From a virus (taxonomy: Duplodnaviria; Caudoviricetes): DNA of 60,630 nt. The notes beneath the pieces are model-generated. The model was not told the origin of the DNA. It was given only the letters and a program-made list of their open reading frames with translations, and ran no database searches. Location: IMG/VR virus record IMGVR_UViG_3300012914_000001, positions 1 through 60,630 of that record; one strand, given 5' to 3'. This document shows positions 17,248-26,902 of the stretch, piece by piece. Position numbers and translations under genes: made by a program. Position 1 is the first letter of the stretch. Each line of letters starts with the position of its first letter.

Positions 17248-18867
17248 TCAGGCGGCGGCGCCGGCGATCAGGTGCTGGTTTGCTCGACGCCATGCGCTCG
17301 CGCGCTGGATCTTGACGCCGTGCTCGAGCTTGTCGAACGAGGCGTCGAGGCCCGAAAGCATCGACATAATCTGCTCGGTCTGGTTGCGACCGCTGAACGT
17401 GGACAGGTCGATCGGACCCTGCGGCTGCGGCAGCTGATGCTGCGACAGCTGCAGCGGGTGCCCGGGCTGCGGGTACTGCTGCGCGACCGGGGCGTGAAAC
17501 CCGGGGTGCTGCGTCACCTGCAGCGGCTGCGGCAACGGACCGGGCGGCGCGTACTGCGACGAGGCACCACCCGGGCCCGGGCCCGCGGCGAACGTCTGCG
17601 TCAGGTGCATGTGCGCGGGGTTCGTCGGCACGCCGTAGTGCGTCAGGAACACGAGGCGTCCGGCAGCGCGAGCGGCGCGTACCTTGCTTACGTCGCGACG
17701 GTCAGCCTCGGGCAGCTTGTTGATCTCGGTCTGAATGGTCGAGGCCCGGTGCGCGGCGAGCGAGTGCACGAGGGTGCTGTCTGTGAAGCGGCGCGAGCTG
17801 AATGCGGCCGACACGTCCTGCGACTCGACCTCGGCATCGGCGACGGCGTCGGCGCGCATCAGCGCGTCGAACTGCGCGAGCAGCTCGGTCAGCTTGCTAC
17901 GGGCGCCCATCAGGTCCGGCAGCGCGCCGAGTGCATCGGCGGCGCTCGCGTGACCGAGTGCCTTTAGCAATCCGGCGAGCTCAGCCGCCGACGTCGAGGC
18001 GTTCTCGGCAGCTCGAATGACGCTGCCGTCGGCAGCTTCGGGGGTCAGGGCGTACAGGCGGCAGAGTGTGGATCGGAGGTCTGCGGACAATGCGGTCATA
18101 GCTATCCCTTGGGTTGAGGGTGCGCCCGCGTGTGCCTCCGAGGACTGCGCCCTGATTTGTACACTACCCGCAGGCCCGAGGCCAGCCGCGCGGTTAGCGG
18201 CGGCGAGCGGCAGCAGGTCACGGATAAACGGATGATTCGTGAACGCGATGCTCGTCAGCACGGCGCCGATCGGTTTGCCGGTGATCCAGTGCACCCCGGC
18301 GGGGTTCCACGCGATCGACACCGAATTGTATTCGTCAGCGTCAATCTGCCTGCGGATCTGATCGCCGAGCTTGGCGAGCGCCCACAGCTCGCCGCGTCCG
18401 TCGTCGCCCTTGCGCACCTCGAGCTCGAGAACCCACCCGATCGCCGGCGCGCCGCTGACCGGGATCGAGCCCTCGAACGGCGGCATTTCCGAGGCGTGCT
18501 CGTAATCGAACTGAACGACCTTGCTCGTGTTGCCCGCGTACGCGACGCCGTCGAGCGTGACCGGACCGACCGTGAAACGCGGGTCGCCATACTTGGGATC
18601 GGCGCGAAAGTTCGCGAGCATTTGCGCGAACGAGTCGCCGTCGAGCGTGAACTCGCCCTGATGGTGCCCCTTGTATGTGCCCGTGTTCGCGACGTGCAGC
18701 CACTTAAACGCCGGCGTTGGCTTTCGATCGGGCTGCACCTCGACCGCGTCGGGCAGCGCGTCGGTGTCGTTCGCAGGCGAGGGCGGAACGAATGCGAGCA
18801 CGCTGTGCCCGAACTCGGTTGCTCGGTTCACGTAGCACTGCATCGCCGATGCGGCGGTCGCACCCAT
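17248..18867 (-). CDS. Mu-like prohead protease (gpI) fused to scaffold
   Basis: FDYEHAS, APAIGWV, EYNSVSI, LTSIAFTNHPF motifs; start uncertain (MGATAA chosen, TAACGT -10 upstream). Confidence 0.85.
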   Translation of the reverse strand: MGATAASAMQCYVNRATEFGHSVLAFVPPSPANDTDALPDAVEVQPDRKPTPAFKWLHVANTGTYKGHHQGEFTLDGDSFAQMLANFRADPKYGDPRFTVGPVTLDGVAYAGNTSKVVQFDYEHASEMPPFEGSIPVSGAPAIGWVLELEVRKGDDGRGELWALAKLGDQIRRQIDADEYNSVSIAWNPAGVHWITGKPIGAVLTSIAFTNHPFIRDLLPLAAANRAAGLGPAGSVQIRAQSSEAHAGAPSTQGIAMTALSADLRSTLCRLYALTPEAADGSVIRAAENASTSAAELAGLLKALGHASAADALGALPDLMGARSKLTELLAQFDALMRADAVADAEVESQDVSAAFSSRRFTDSTLVHSLAAHRASTIQTEINKLPEADRRDVSKVRAARAAGRLVFLTHYGVPTNPAHMHLTQTFAAGPGPGGASSQYAPPGPLPQPLQVTQHPGFHAPVAQQYPQPGHPLQLSQHQLPQPQGPIDLSTFSGRNQTEQIMSMLSGLDASFDKLEHGVKIQRASAWRRANQHLIAGAAA

Positions 18868-18961
18868 ATGTCGCAACGTTACGCGCGAGCTGCAGTATCG
18901 GCAAGCCAACCGGGAACGTCGCGCCGGTACCCGAGCGACGTCGTCGCGCTGACGACGAGCG

Positions 18962-20023
18962 TCAGTCGTTCGCAGGTGTGTTCGGCGGATCGTTTGCTGC
19001 GGGCATGGTCGGCAAGGGCACGCCGAGCAGAGTGATCCCGCTCGCGAACCCTCGATCGGGCAGGTCATGGATCGAGCTGCCGAGTCGCGCGAGCGGCTCG
19101 CCGACGCTGTTCGACAGCGACCGCACCCTGCAGCGGCACTGATACCCGAACGGGGGGTATGCCTCGAGCCAAAAGGGATCGTCGGCGCGCAGCACGACGA
19201 GGTGCACGGCCTGATGCGTCGCGCGCTGACGGGGCGGGCCGTCGTTGACCGTGACGATCTGCCAATAGCCGCGGAACCGCAGCACCGTCGGCTGCGTCAT
19301 CTGGCGCGCGCGCCCGGCGTTGTATGCCGAGGCGACGTTCGTCCGCAGGACGTTCTCGGCGTGCGAGTCGTTCAGGGGTGTCCACCCCGCCGCCTCGAGC
19401 CGGGGCACGACGGTGTTCGCGAACTCGCGCAGGTCGGCGCCTTTACTGACCTGCCGCACGAGCTCGCGCTGCACGGTCCGCACGACCTCGTTCGTCGTCG
19501 CGTTCGCGACGGTCACGGCGCGCCGGCGAGCCGCCGTCGTCATGCTGTCGTACACCCGGCGGGTGACCGCCTCGCGCTGCTCGAACTGCTCGACGGCGTC
19601 GCGCACCGGGCGGGTCGCGAATGCGGGGTCGGTGCTGCGGTCGTACGGGGCGAGCAGGATCGGCGCGTGCAGCGCGGCGAACGAGGGCACGGCGACGGGG
19701 CGGTCGGTGCGCGCCTCGAAATCCGCGTCGAGGGCGCCGAGCATCGAGCCGTGCAGCAGCTCGCGCTCGAGCGGATCGGCGAACCGGTCCCGATTCCAGC
19801 CGCGCTTGACCTTGCCGATCGCGCCCTGAATGTCGCGCGCCGTCGACTTGCCATGCACGGCCCGGGCGATCGTGATGCCGAGCCGCTCGGTTTCGACGGC
19901 GAGCGCGTCGGTGCCCCGCTCGATTACGTCCTCGGGCGAGCCGAACGTCGACCGCGGCTGCGCCGGGGGTTTACGCCGGCGACGGGCGAGCTGCAGCCCG
20001 CCGCAGTGCGCGCACCCGTTCAC
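18962..20023 (-). CDS. Minor head protein (Mu gpF / SPP1 gp7)
   Basis: RTNVASAYNAGR, RATHQAVH, DDPFW..YPPFGYQCRCRV. Confidence 0.9.
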   Translation of the reverse strand: MNGCAHCGGLQLARRRRKPPAQPRSTFGSPEDVIERGTDALAVETERLGITIARAVHGKSTARDIQGAIGKVKRGWNRDRFADPLERELLHGSMLGALDADFEARTDRPVAVPSFAALHAPILLAPYDRSTDPAFATRPVRDAVEQFEQREAVTRRVYDSMTTAARRRAVTVANATTNEVVRTVQRELVRQVSKGADLREFANTVVPRLEAAGWTPLNDSHAENVLRTNVASAYNAGRARQMTQPTVLRFRGYWQIVTVNDGPPRQRATHQAVHLVVLRADDPFWLEAYPPFGYQCRCRVRSLSNSVGEPLARLGSSIHDLPDRGFASGITLLGVPLPTMPAANDPPNTPAND

Positions 20024-21903
20024 GGCGCGAGCGTGCCGGGCGCGTCGTCCTCGTCGTCACCTGGACCGGGCGACGGCGGGTCGTTCCCATCACCGGGCGA
20101 CGGGGGTGCGTCGCCTGGAGCTGCCGGCGACGGGGGTGCCTCGTCGCCACGCGTTCTCGCCGACGGGGCACCGATCGGTTTCCAAGCGATAGGCCAGTGC
20201 GCCTTGCCGTCGGGTCCCATCTCGACGGTCCGCTCGCGCTCGATGCCGCACAGCGGGCAGCGGTTCTGCCGATTATGGGCGCAGCGGTCGATCTGCAGCT
20301 CGGTCATGCGCTCGGCGAGGCGGGCGACGTCGCCCGGGTCGTCGACGTCGTCGCCCATGGAGGCGCCCGACGGCAGCTGCGGGGGTTCGCCACCGGCAGG
20401 CAGCTGCCCGGGCCCGGGGGGTGCCCCGTCGTCGACGTTGATCGCCGGCATGGGCGAGTCGAGCAGCTCGCCCGGTTTCGGCGCCTCGCCGGCGGGATAC
20501 ACGACCTCGGGCCCGGGCGTCGGCGCCTGCTGACCGAGCTCGGCAGGCCGCTGCGTCCGAATGATGTACGGCTCGTCGGGCCGCACCTCGCGAATGCCGA
20601 CCCGCTGCCGGTATTCCTCGAGCGACACGGGCACGCCGGCGTCGATCGCCTTGCGCAACCGGTCGGCCTCGACGCTGCGATCGAGCGGGGGGTCGGTGCG
20701 CAGGATGAATTTCGGCGCGTGCGTGACCGCCTCGGGTCCAAAGTTCACGACGACGATCGCGTCGGTCAGGCCGTTCTCTGCCGACTCGCCGATGCGGCGG
20801 GCGTCGCCGGCGACGAGCAGATCCTCGCCCGACTGCTGCACGTTCGCGGTCTGCGCGCCGAGGCCGGTCGCCTTGGCATCGGTCGTCAGCACGTTGCCGA
20901 GGTACAGTTTCGACAGCACGTCGCGGGCGTCAGTGATCACGGCCGCGTGCACCTGCCCGGCGCCTTGCTCGGGCTGCACGATCTGCACGTCGACGTTCGC
21001 CGGCATGCGCGCCGTGTTGTGAAACCCGAGCAGCGTCAGCGCCTGAAACCCCTGCTGCAGCGCCTCGACGTTGATCGCCGGCATGCCGGGCCCGGTGCGC
21101 GGCGTCAGAATGCGCCAAGGCTTGCCGAATATTTCCATCAGCTCGAGCTGCTCGCGCACGCCGAGCCGGGCGAAAAAAGACCAGTACAGCGTACGGTACG
21201 CGAGGCCCTCGCGTTCCTGGTAATCGCCGAACATGCGCGGCCGGAACGTCAGGAACTTGTAAGGGATCGCCTCGACGGGAAACCCGACGTCGAGGAAATT
21301 GCCGACCTGCCGCATCGGGTCGATGACGCGCAGGTCACGGTCGGGCCCGAACGACAGGCGCCGGGGGTGGATCCAGTGCAGGTCGCGCACGTTCCACTCG
21401 CGCCCGTACCGGTACCATTCGATCTCGCTGCAGGCCCTGCCGTCGAAAATACCCCAGGCCAGATCGAGCAGGCGGTCGCGAAAGTTCGGGATCTGCTCGA
21501 GCTGCTCGCGAACGACGGCGGCGTATTCTTTCGCCCGGCCCTCGTCGACGCGGCGCCCGGTCGCCGGCTGCACCTCGTAATCGAGGGCGGCGATGCGGTT
21601 CAGGCGTTTCTGCAGCAGCGCCGACACGTGCCCGTCGAGCGCGATCGTCTCGCGGGCGAGGTCCGTCAGCCGCGACATGATGCCCATGTTCGCGGCCTTT
21701 ACCGCCGCATCGATGCGGTCGAGGTCGAGGCTGCGACCGAACTGCGGGCGATACTGCTCGTTCGCCGGGACATGCCCGGCGAAGTAATCACGCATCAGCG
21801 AGGCCGAGCTCGGCAGCGGCTGCGGGGCAAACGAGGTCGCTCGGAGCTCGTGCGCGGCGCGTTCGTCAACGCGGTAACGTGTGATGTCAACGGCTGCTTG
21901 CAC
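20020..21903 (-). CDS. Portal protein (DUF935, Mu gp29-like)
   Basis: DGHVSALLQKR, GRACSEIEW, EIFGKPWR, LSKLYLGNVLTT. Confidence 0.9.
   Translation of the reverse strand: MQAAVDITRYRVDERAAHELRATSFAPQPLPSSASLMRDYFAGHVPANEQYRPQFGRSLDLDRIDAAVKAANMGIMSRLTDLARETIALDGHVSALLQKRLNRIAALDYEVQPATGRRVDEGRAKEYAAVVREQLEQIPNFRDRLLDLAWGIFDGRACSEIEWYRYGREWNVRDLHWIHPRRLSFGPDRDLRVIDPMRQVGNFLDVGFPVEAIPYKFLTFRPRMFGDYQEREGLAYRTLYWSFFARLGVREQLELMEIFGKPWRILTPRTGPGMPAINVEALQQGFQALTLLGFHNTARMPANVDVQIVQPEQGAGQVHAAVITDARDVLSKLYLGNVLTTDAKATGLGAQTANVQQSGEDLLVAGDARRIGESAENGLTDAIVVVNFGPEAVTHAPKFILRTDPPLDRSVEADRLRKAIDAGVPVSLEEYRQRVGIREVRPDEPYIIRTQRPAELGQQAPTPGPEVVYPAGEAPKPGELLDSPMPAINVDDGAPPGPGQLPAGGEPPQLPSGASMGDDVDDPGDVARLAERMTELQIDRCAHNRQNRCPLCGIERERTVEMGPDGKAHWPIAWKPIGAPSARTRGDEAPPSPAAPGDAPPSPGDGNDPPSPGPGDDEDDAPGTLAP
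20109..20132 (-). repeat. 24-bp dispersed palindrome (exact copy, portal C-terminus)
   Basis: Exact match; degenerate neighbour at 20142-20165. Confidence 0.85.
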
Positions 21904-21954
21904 GACGCTAGGGTATCCCTGCCCGGGCCTAACGTCACGCAGCGCCTGCCGGCG

Positions 21955-22311
21955 TCAGCGACCCGACGAGCGGCAGGGGTCGTCGATGCGCAGGGTAAAG
22001 CTCGCGTGCCATGCCGGGCGCGACTTGGCGAACCATTCGCCGGTACGCGGGTGCACGCCCGTAATCCGCCACACCTCGTGCGGGCCCTCGTCGCTGCCGT
22101 CGTGGAATGCCCATGCCGGCAGCCACACACCCCGCGCCGCCGCACACCAGAACGTGACTGACCCGAGCTGCTGCCGCGTGAACGACCGGGTGCCGAGGCT
22201 GAACTCGGACTCGCCGACGTCGGCGCTGCGCGTGACCGTGAACCCGCGCACCTCGACGAGGTCGCCCTTGCCGTATGCGATGAACGCTTTCGAATAGAGC
22301 TCGGTCAGCAA
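21955..22311 (-). CDS. Hypothetical protein
   Basis: 118-aa ORF abutting the upstream gene. Confidence 0.55.
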   Translation of the reverse strand: MLTELYSKAFIAYGKGDLVEVRGFTVTRSADVGESEFSLGTRSFTRQQLGSVTFWCAAARGVWLPAWAFHDGSDEGPHEVWRITGVHPRTGEWFAKSRPAWHASFTLRIDDPCRSSGR

Positions 22312-22788
22312 TCAGAATTTCGGCGACAGGCCGTCGTCAGGGTGCCGGATGAATCGATCGCTCGGCAGCGGGGTCGAGAACCCCGCCATGATGACGCCGC
22401 CCCGTCGGGCGCCACAGACCTTGCACCCGCCGCCGATGCTGCGGCAGTACGCCGGCGACGTCGTCTCGAGCCACCGATGCCCGCACGGTTGCGCCTCGCA
22501 CACATACACCCGCTCGACCGCGAGCACCTCGACGCGCCACTGCGCGAGGCTTGCCTCGTCGTCGGCGAGCGGGAACCAACGGCTGCACGCCGGGCAGGGG
22601 CAGAACGCGCAGGGGTGCGCGTCGTTCGTCGCGTTGCACGAGCCCGAGCAGCGCCGGTGCGGCGGCGGTCCGGGCGGCGGCGCGCAGCTGCAGTCAGGGC
22701 AGCAGGGCCCGAGCCGGGCGCGGCAGTCGGTGCAGAACGAGTCGCACCCGGTGCAGCGCTCGTCGGGCTCGTACGAGGTCGAACGCAT
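22312..22788 (-). CDS. Very Cys-rich hypothetical protein
   Basis: MRSTSYEPDERCTGCDSFCTDC..CCPDCSC..; start overlaps the upstream stop. Confidence 0.55.
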   Translation of the reverse strand: MRSTSYEPDERCTGCDSFCTDCRARLGPCCPDCSCAPPPGPPPHRRCSGSCNATNDAHPCAFCPCPACSRWFPLADDEASLAQWRVEVLAVERVYVCEAQPCGHRWLETTSPAYCRSIGGGCKVCGARRGGVIMAGFSTPLPSDRFIRHPDDGLSPKF

Positions 22789-23063
22789 CAGCTCGGTTTC
22801 CACTCGTCGGAATACGGGCCCTGACCGCGCGCATGCCAAGGCGCGTCGTCCGTTGCGTTGCCGAGGTCCGGCGCGTTCACGGCGCGCTCGGGCAGCAGCT
22901 CGGCCGCCGTCGCCGGGTCGAGCTTGGCGCACTCGTCGAGCAGCTCGTCAGTCGGCGCCCCTGCGCGCTCGCGCGCGACGTACCGATCGTACTGCGGCCG
23001 AGGCATCACGCCCTCGACCCGCAGCCGACAGGCCCACAGAATCGCCGTCGCGCGCAGTGTCAT
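22788..23063 (-). CDS. Hypothetical protein
   Basis: TGATG coupling at both ends. Confidence 0.55.
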   Translation of the reverse strand: MTLRATAILWACRLRVEGVMPRPQYDRYVARERAGAPTDELLDECAKLDPATAAELLPERAVNAPDLGNATDDAPWHARGQGPYSDEWKPS

Positions 23064-23248
23064 CAGCCCATGCCCTCGGTCGCCTCGTGCAGCTCGTGCA
23101 GCGCGTCGTCGAGCAGGCCGATCGCGCCCTGCAGATCCCGCTGCGCAGCCCGCACCCCGGCCTGCGCGTTCTCGACCTTGCGACGTGCTTTGGCCAGGCG
23201 ATCCAGCCGCGGCCCGGTCAGCGTCAGTCCCTCGTCGCGGGTCGTCAT
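23063..23248 (-). CDS. Small coiled-coil protein
   Basis: MTTRDEG..RLAKARRKVENAQ..; coupled to neighbours. Confidence 0.55.
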   Translation of the reverse strand: MTTRDEGLTLTGPRLDRLAKARRKVENAQAGVRAAQRDLQGAIGLLDDALHELHEATEGMG

Positions 23249-23421
23249 CGCTTGCGCGGTCCCTCGTGCAGCGCCTGCCGCCCGTCGATCGTGATGAACA
23301 ATTGGCGCCGGCTCGACCCGTCGCCGCAGGCGACCGGCAGGTGCTGCAGCTTGACGACGGGCCCTGCGCGCCGTTCGAGCTCGGCGCGCTGCTGCGGTTC
23401 GGCGTCGCCTTTCGTCGTCAC
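23245..23421 (-). CDS. Hypothetical protein (58 aa, not in ORF track)
   Basis: GTGA/ATGA overlaps at both ends; VTTKGDAEPQQRAELERR... Confidence 0.45.
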   Translation of the reverse strand: MTTKGDAEPQQRAELERRAGPVVKLQHLPVACGDGSSRRQLFITIDGRQALHEGPRKR

Positions 23422-23735
23422 TCGGCGGCCTCGGGCGGCGGCGCAGGAACGCCGCAGCGACAGCTCGGGTCATACCAGTTATGCACGCACTCGACCGCCG
23501 GGCCCTGCTGCTTGGCAGGCGCCGGCGGCACCTGCGGGCGCGAGGCGCGCTCGTGCGGCGGGCAGTAGTGCGCGACCCCGCCGCCGACCCGTGTCGCGTG
23601 TTGCTTGCACATGACCCGGCCGCAGCTGCCGTTCACCCCTTGGCGTTTCACGGGGTAATCGCAGAGATAATATCCGGGCTGCTGACACGTCTGACACGGC
23701 AGACGCTTGCCGCCCTTGCCGAGCGTTTCGGTCAT
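23418..23735 (-). CDS. Zinc-finger protein
   Basis: CQTC..LCDYP..CGRVMCKQHA..YCPPH. Confidence 0.6.
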   Translation of the reverse strand: MTETLGKGGKRLPCQTCQQPGYYLCDYPVKRQGVNGSCGRVMCKQHATRVGGGVAHYCPPHERASRPQVPPAPAKQQGPAVECVHNWYDPSCRCGVPAPPPEAAE

Positions 23736-24319
23736 GGGTCGCTGCTCGTCGGTGTGCAGTCGATGCTCGGGCTCGAGTCGACCGAGCAGCTCGGGCTCGA
23801 GTCGGGCGTCGACTGCGGTGCGTCCCATGAACCCGAGGCGCCCGCGCCGCCCGACGCGCCGCCGTGTCCCTCGAACGAGGGCGAGGAAAGCGACACGGGT
23901 TCGGCGAACAGCACCGGGCCCGGGTCGGCGGGCATCGACGGAACGCTGAACCCCTCGTCGGCGCGGCGCTGCTCGACCTTTTCTGCCCTGCGCGCAGCGA
24001 CCCTCGTGTCGGTCCGCAGCGCGGGGTGCGCGACGCCGACGGGTGCCCATTCGCGGCCCGGTGCGCCGCCGAGGCCGAGCCGCACCGGCGGCGCGAACGA
24101 GGCCGGATTGTTCGGCGTCGGCAGGGGCGGCGGGGGTGGCCACTCGGGCCGCTGCCGCGGCAGCACGACGCGCTCGGTCCGGTCCGTCGCGTCGTAATCG
24201 TACGCCGCAGCGAGCCGGCGCCGCTTGCGGCGGCTGATGAACACGGCGCGAATGATGACCCCTGCCGCAGCCGCGACGGCGATGCAGGCGAGGGCGATGC
24301 CGATAGTTTCGATGTTCAT
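23732..24319 (-). CDS. Membrane-anchored protein with low-complexity tail
   Basis: N-terminal TM followed by RRKRRR; FEGHGGASGGAGASGSW. Confidence 0.6.
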   Translation of the reverse strand: MNIETIGIALACIAVAAAAGVIIRAVFISRRKRRRLAAAYDYDATDRTERVVLPRQRPEWPPPPPLPTPNNPASFAPPVRLGLGGAPGREWAPVGVAHPALRTDTRVAARRAEKVEQRRADEGFSVPSMPADPGPVLFAEPVSLSSPSFEGHGGASGGAGASGSWDAPQSTPDSSPSCSVDSSPSIDCTPTSSDP

Positions 24320-24507
24320 GCCTGTTTCCTTTCGACGGGTCGGCGCGAGGCGAGCGGCTCGGTTGGCTGCTCGTCGTCCTCGCGCACGACCTCGGGTGCC
24401 TCGGTACCATCCCACTCGGCGCCGCAGCCGGCGCACGCCCCGGTCGTAATGCTGATCGCAGTCGAGCCGCAACGCCCGCATGCCGGACGCCAAGTGTCGG
24501 CGTTCAT
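24316..24507 (-). CDS. Small zinc-ribbon protein
   Basis: CGRC...CAGC; ATGA coupling. Confidence 0.55.
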   Translation of the reverse strand: MNADTWRPACGRCGSTAISITTGACAGCGAEWDGTEAPEVVREDDEQPTEPLASRRPVERKQA

Positions 24508-24935
24508 CCGGGGGTGCCTATCGTCGGCAGGCCATACTCGCGCCGCTTGCGCCGCAGGTACGCCTCGCATTCCGCGCGCGCGCCGGCGACGCCGTTCGCG
24601 CTGACCGCCCTGCTCGTCGCCGCGACGCGGCCGTCGTCGTCGAGCAGCAGCCAAGCGACGAACGAGTCGACCCCTTTCACCTCGCGCCGTTTCACGTACC
24701 CGTACCCCGGGCAGGCCCGCCGCCGAGCGCCGCGCCGGCGAGGCTGCTTGACGAGCACCCCGTCGCGCCAAGCTTGCGCCGCCGCGAGCGCCTTTCGCAC
24801 GCCGCCGTGCACGTTGTAACTGAACGTTTTGCTCGGCACGCCGGGCGGGCGCGCGACCCATGCCCGGGTCCCGTTGTATTCGAACCGCGTGATGTACCGG
24901 CGCGGCCGGTCCGCATGTCTCCCCACTGCTGTCAT
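24504..24935 (-). CDS. AP2-domain DNA-binding protein (two AP2-like units)
   Basis: YITR..AWVAR..SKTFS...GGVRKALAAAQAWRD, then FVAW..TSRAVSANG..GARA. Confidence 0.65.
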   Translation of the reverse strand: MTAVGRHADRPRRYITRFEYNGTRAWVARPPGVPSKTFSYNVHGGVRKALAAAQAWRDGVLVKQPRRRGARRRACPGYGYVKRREVKGVDSFVAWLLLDDDGRVAATSRAVSANGVAGARAECEAYLRRKRREYGLPTIGTPG

Positions 24936-25852
24936 TTTCTTACCGCCTTTCGGATCTCTGTTTTGACGGCCTCGAACGCCGCCGCCGCGTCTGGAATGCT
25001 CGCGTGCCGATATGCCTGCATCACCTCGTAAAAAGGCTGCTCGTCGAACCAAGCGTCGAGCCGTTCGACGTCCGGCAGCGGCGCGCCCATAAGGGGCCCG
25101 ACGAATGCGAGCAGCTCGACGAGCTCGTCGTGCACGGCCGCCGCCGGTTGCTCGTCGTTCGACCCGTCGTCGAGCTGCTGCATTCGCAGCTTGATCCTGC
25201 GGCGCAGCTCGTCGCCGATCCGCAGCAGGTCGCGCGGTTCGCCCGGCGGCCGCGGGTCGGGCGCGTGCGTCCCGATGAATTGCAGAATGATGTCGAGCTC
25301 GCGAACGAGCACCTCGCTGCACGCGGACCCGAGGGCTTTCAGATCACGCGCCGACTGCTGCCGCCGGCGCAGCTCGTCGATCAGGTCACGCCAGCCGTTG
25401 CGCTGCTTTTCCCATGCGCGCTTATCGGCGTCGTCCTCGCCGGTGTCACCGGTGCCGTCCTCGCCGACGCCGGTTAGTCCCGCGATGAACGACAGCACCT
25501 CGTCGAGCGCGCAGGCGACGGCGTTCTGATCCTGGTCGCCCGTCGCCTCGTGCGACCGTTGCGCCTCGTTCCGCCGACGCGCGAGCTCGCGGGCAAGCAC
25601 CCGCACCCGTTGCATAGCCCGGTCGCCGGCCGGCTCGAACGGTTCCTCGCCGACGATCTGATGGGCAAGCTCGTTTCCCATGACGGCGGTCAGCCCGGGC
25701 ACGGTGCGCGCGAACCCGTCGACGAGGCCGCTGTCGCTGTACGAGCCGACCCGCTCGACGATCGAGGCGAGCACACCGACCGGAACGTGCTGCTCGATCA
25801 GCTCGCGCAGCAGGGCGCGAACGCGCAGCATCGAGCGCCACCGGGGCGTCAC
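24932..25852 (-). CDS. Hypothetical helical protein
   Basis: ~306 aa with recurring ELxRRR...ELxxxLxFI units; GTGA coupling. Confidence 0.6.
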   Translation of the reverse strand: MTPRWRSMLRVRALLRELIEQHVPVGVLASIVERVGSYSDSGLVDGFARTVPGLTAVMGNELAHQIVGEEPFEPAGDRAMQRVRVLARELARRRNEAQRSHEATGDQDQNAVACALDEVLSFIAGLTGVGEDGTGDTGEDDADKRAWEKQRNGWRDLIDELRRRQQSARDLKALGSACSEVLVRELDIILQFIGTHAPDPRPPGEPRDLLRIGDELRRRIKLRMQQLDDGSNDEQPAAAVHDELVELLAFVGPLMGAPLPDVERLDAWFDEQPFYEVMQAYRHASIPDAAAAFEAVKTEIRKAVRK

Positions 25853-26412
25853 TGCTGCCCCCTGCCCTCGAGGCGCTCGCTCGATGCCTTGCCGTCGGGC
25901 CGCACGCGCCCGGTCATCGGGTGCCGTGTCCACCCCTCGGGTTCGTCGTGCCCATCCCATGACAGCACGGCACGCCAGCCGGCGTCGCGATGCTCGGCGT
26001 CATAGTCCCATGCATTGATCCAGACGGCGGCGCCGATGTGCCCGAGCGACAGCTGCACGCCGCCGCCGTTCCACGGTTCGAGGAACAGCGCGCGCCCGTC
26101 GTGCAGGCGGGTGATCCAGAGAAAGTCGACGCCCTCGGCGCGATAGGCGGTCATGCCGATCCGCTTGGCGACGTACAGCTCGCGGTCGCTGACCGGCGCG
26201 GGTCGCGAATAGTCACGCCCCGGCGGCGTCCGGACGCTGCCGGCGAACGGGACGTGCCCTCGGGCGCCCGGGGGTAGCCCGATGGATCGGCCGTCGCTCG
26301 TTACGACCTCGAGCTCGATCGTGCTCGTGTTCTCGATCAGCGCGCCGCCGTCCTCGGTCAGCGCGTACGACAGCTGAACGAACGGCAGCGGGGGTTCGGC
26401 GCGCGCGGTCAT
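25849..26412 (-). CDS. Hypothetical protein
   Basis: Trp-rich C-terminus WDGHDEPEGWTRHPMTGRVRPDG. Confidence 0.6.
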   Translation of the reverse strand: MTARAEPPLPFVQLSYALTEDGGALIENTSTIELEVVTSDGRSIGLPPGARGHVPFAGSVRTPPGRDYSRPAPVSDRELYVAKRIGMTAYRAEGVDFLWITRLHDGRALFLEPWNGGGVQLSLGHIGAAVWINAWDYDAEHRDAGWRAVLSWDGHDEPEGWTRHPMTGRVRPDGKASSERLEGRGQQ

Positions 26413-26627
26413 GCCTGCACCTCGCCGCCGGTCAGCTGCATTATGCAGGAAACGATCGCGTCGTCGAACGTCGCGCCGAGCCCGACGACCTCGCGTTCAC
26501 CCTTGGCGTCGATGAAATGCAGCGTCGCGCGGGCCGAGCCCGACGGCTCGTCGATGTCCAGAAACGCCCGGCGCAGCAGCGCGTCGGCGCGACACCACTG
26601 CAGCAGCCACTCGAGCGGATTGATCAC
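26409..26627 (-). CDS. Hypothetical protein
   Basis: 72 aa; overlaps both neighbours by 4 nt. Confidence 0.55.
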   Translation of the reverse strand: MINPLEWLLQWCRADALLRRAFLDIDEPSGSARATLHFIDAKGEREVVGLGATFDDAIVSCIMQLTGGEVQA

Positions 26628-26902
26628 GGGTGCACCTCGCCGAGGTCGAACAGGTGCCCGACGAACGCGCCGCCCTCGGTCTGAAAGGTTCCAACGAACG
26701 GCGCGAGCGACAGGCTATCGGCGTTGTGCCCCGTACCGCGCAGCGCGAGGCGACGCCGGACGCTCGGCGCCGACGGGTCGACCATTGCCCACAGGCTCGG
26801 CGCGCCGTGCTGCGTCTGCACCGACAGCAGCCTCGCCCCTGCCGGCATCACGATCGTGATGTCATCGGAGATGGGCACGGCGAACTTATAGATCGTCATC
26901 AT
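26624..26902 (-). CDS. Conserved phage hypothetical protein (TIYKF..MPxGA.LLSVQ..LWAxVDP..GTGH..VGT family)
   Basis: Recognisable widespread phage family motif. Confidence 0.7.
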   Translation of the reverse strand: MMTIYKFAVPISDDITIVMPAGARLLSVQTQHGAPSLWAMVDPSAPSVRRRLALRGTGHNADSLSLAPFVGTFQTEGGAFVGHLFDLGEVHP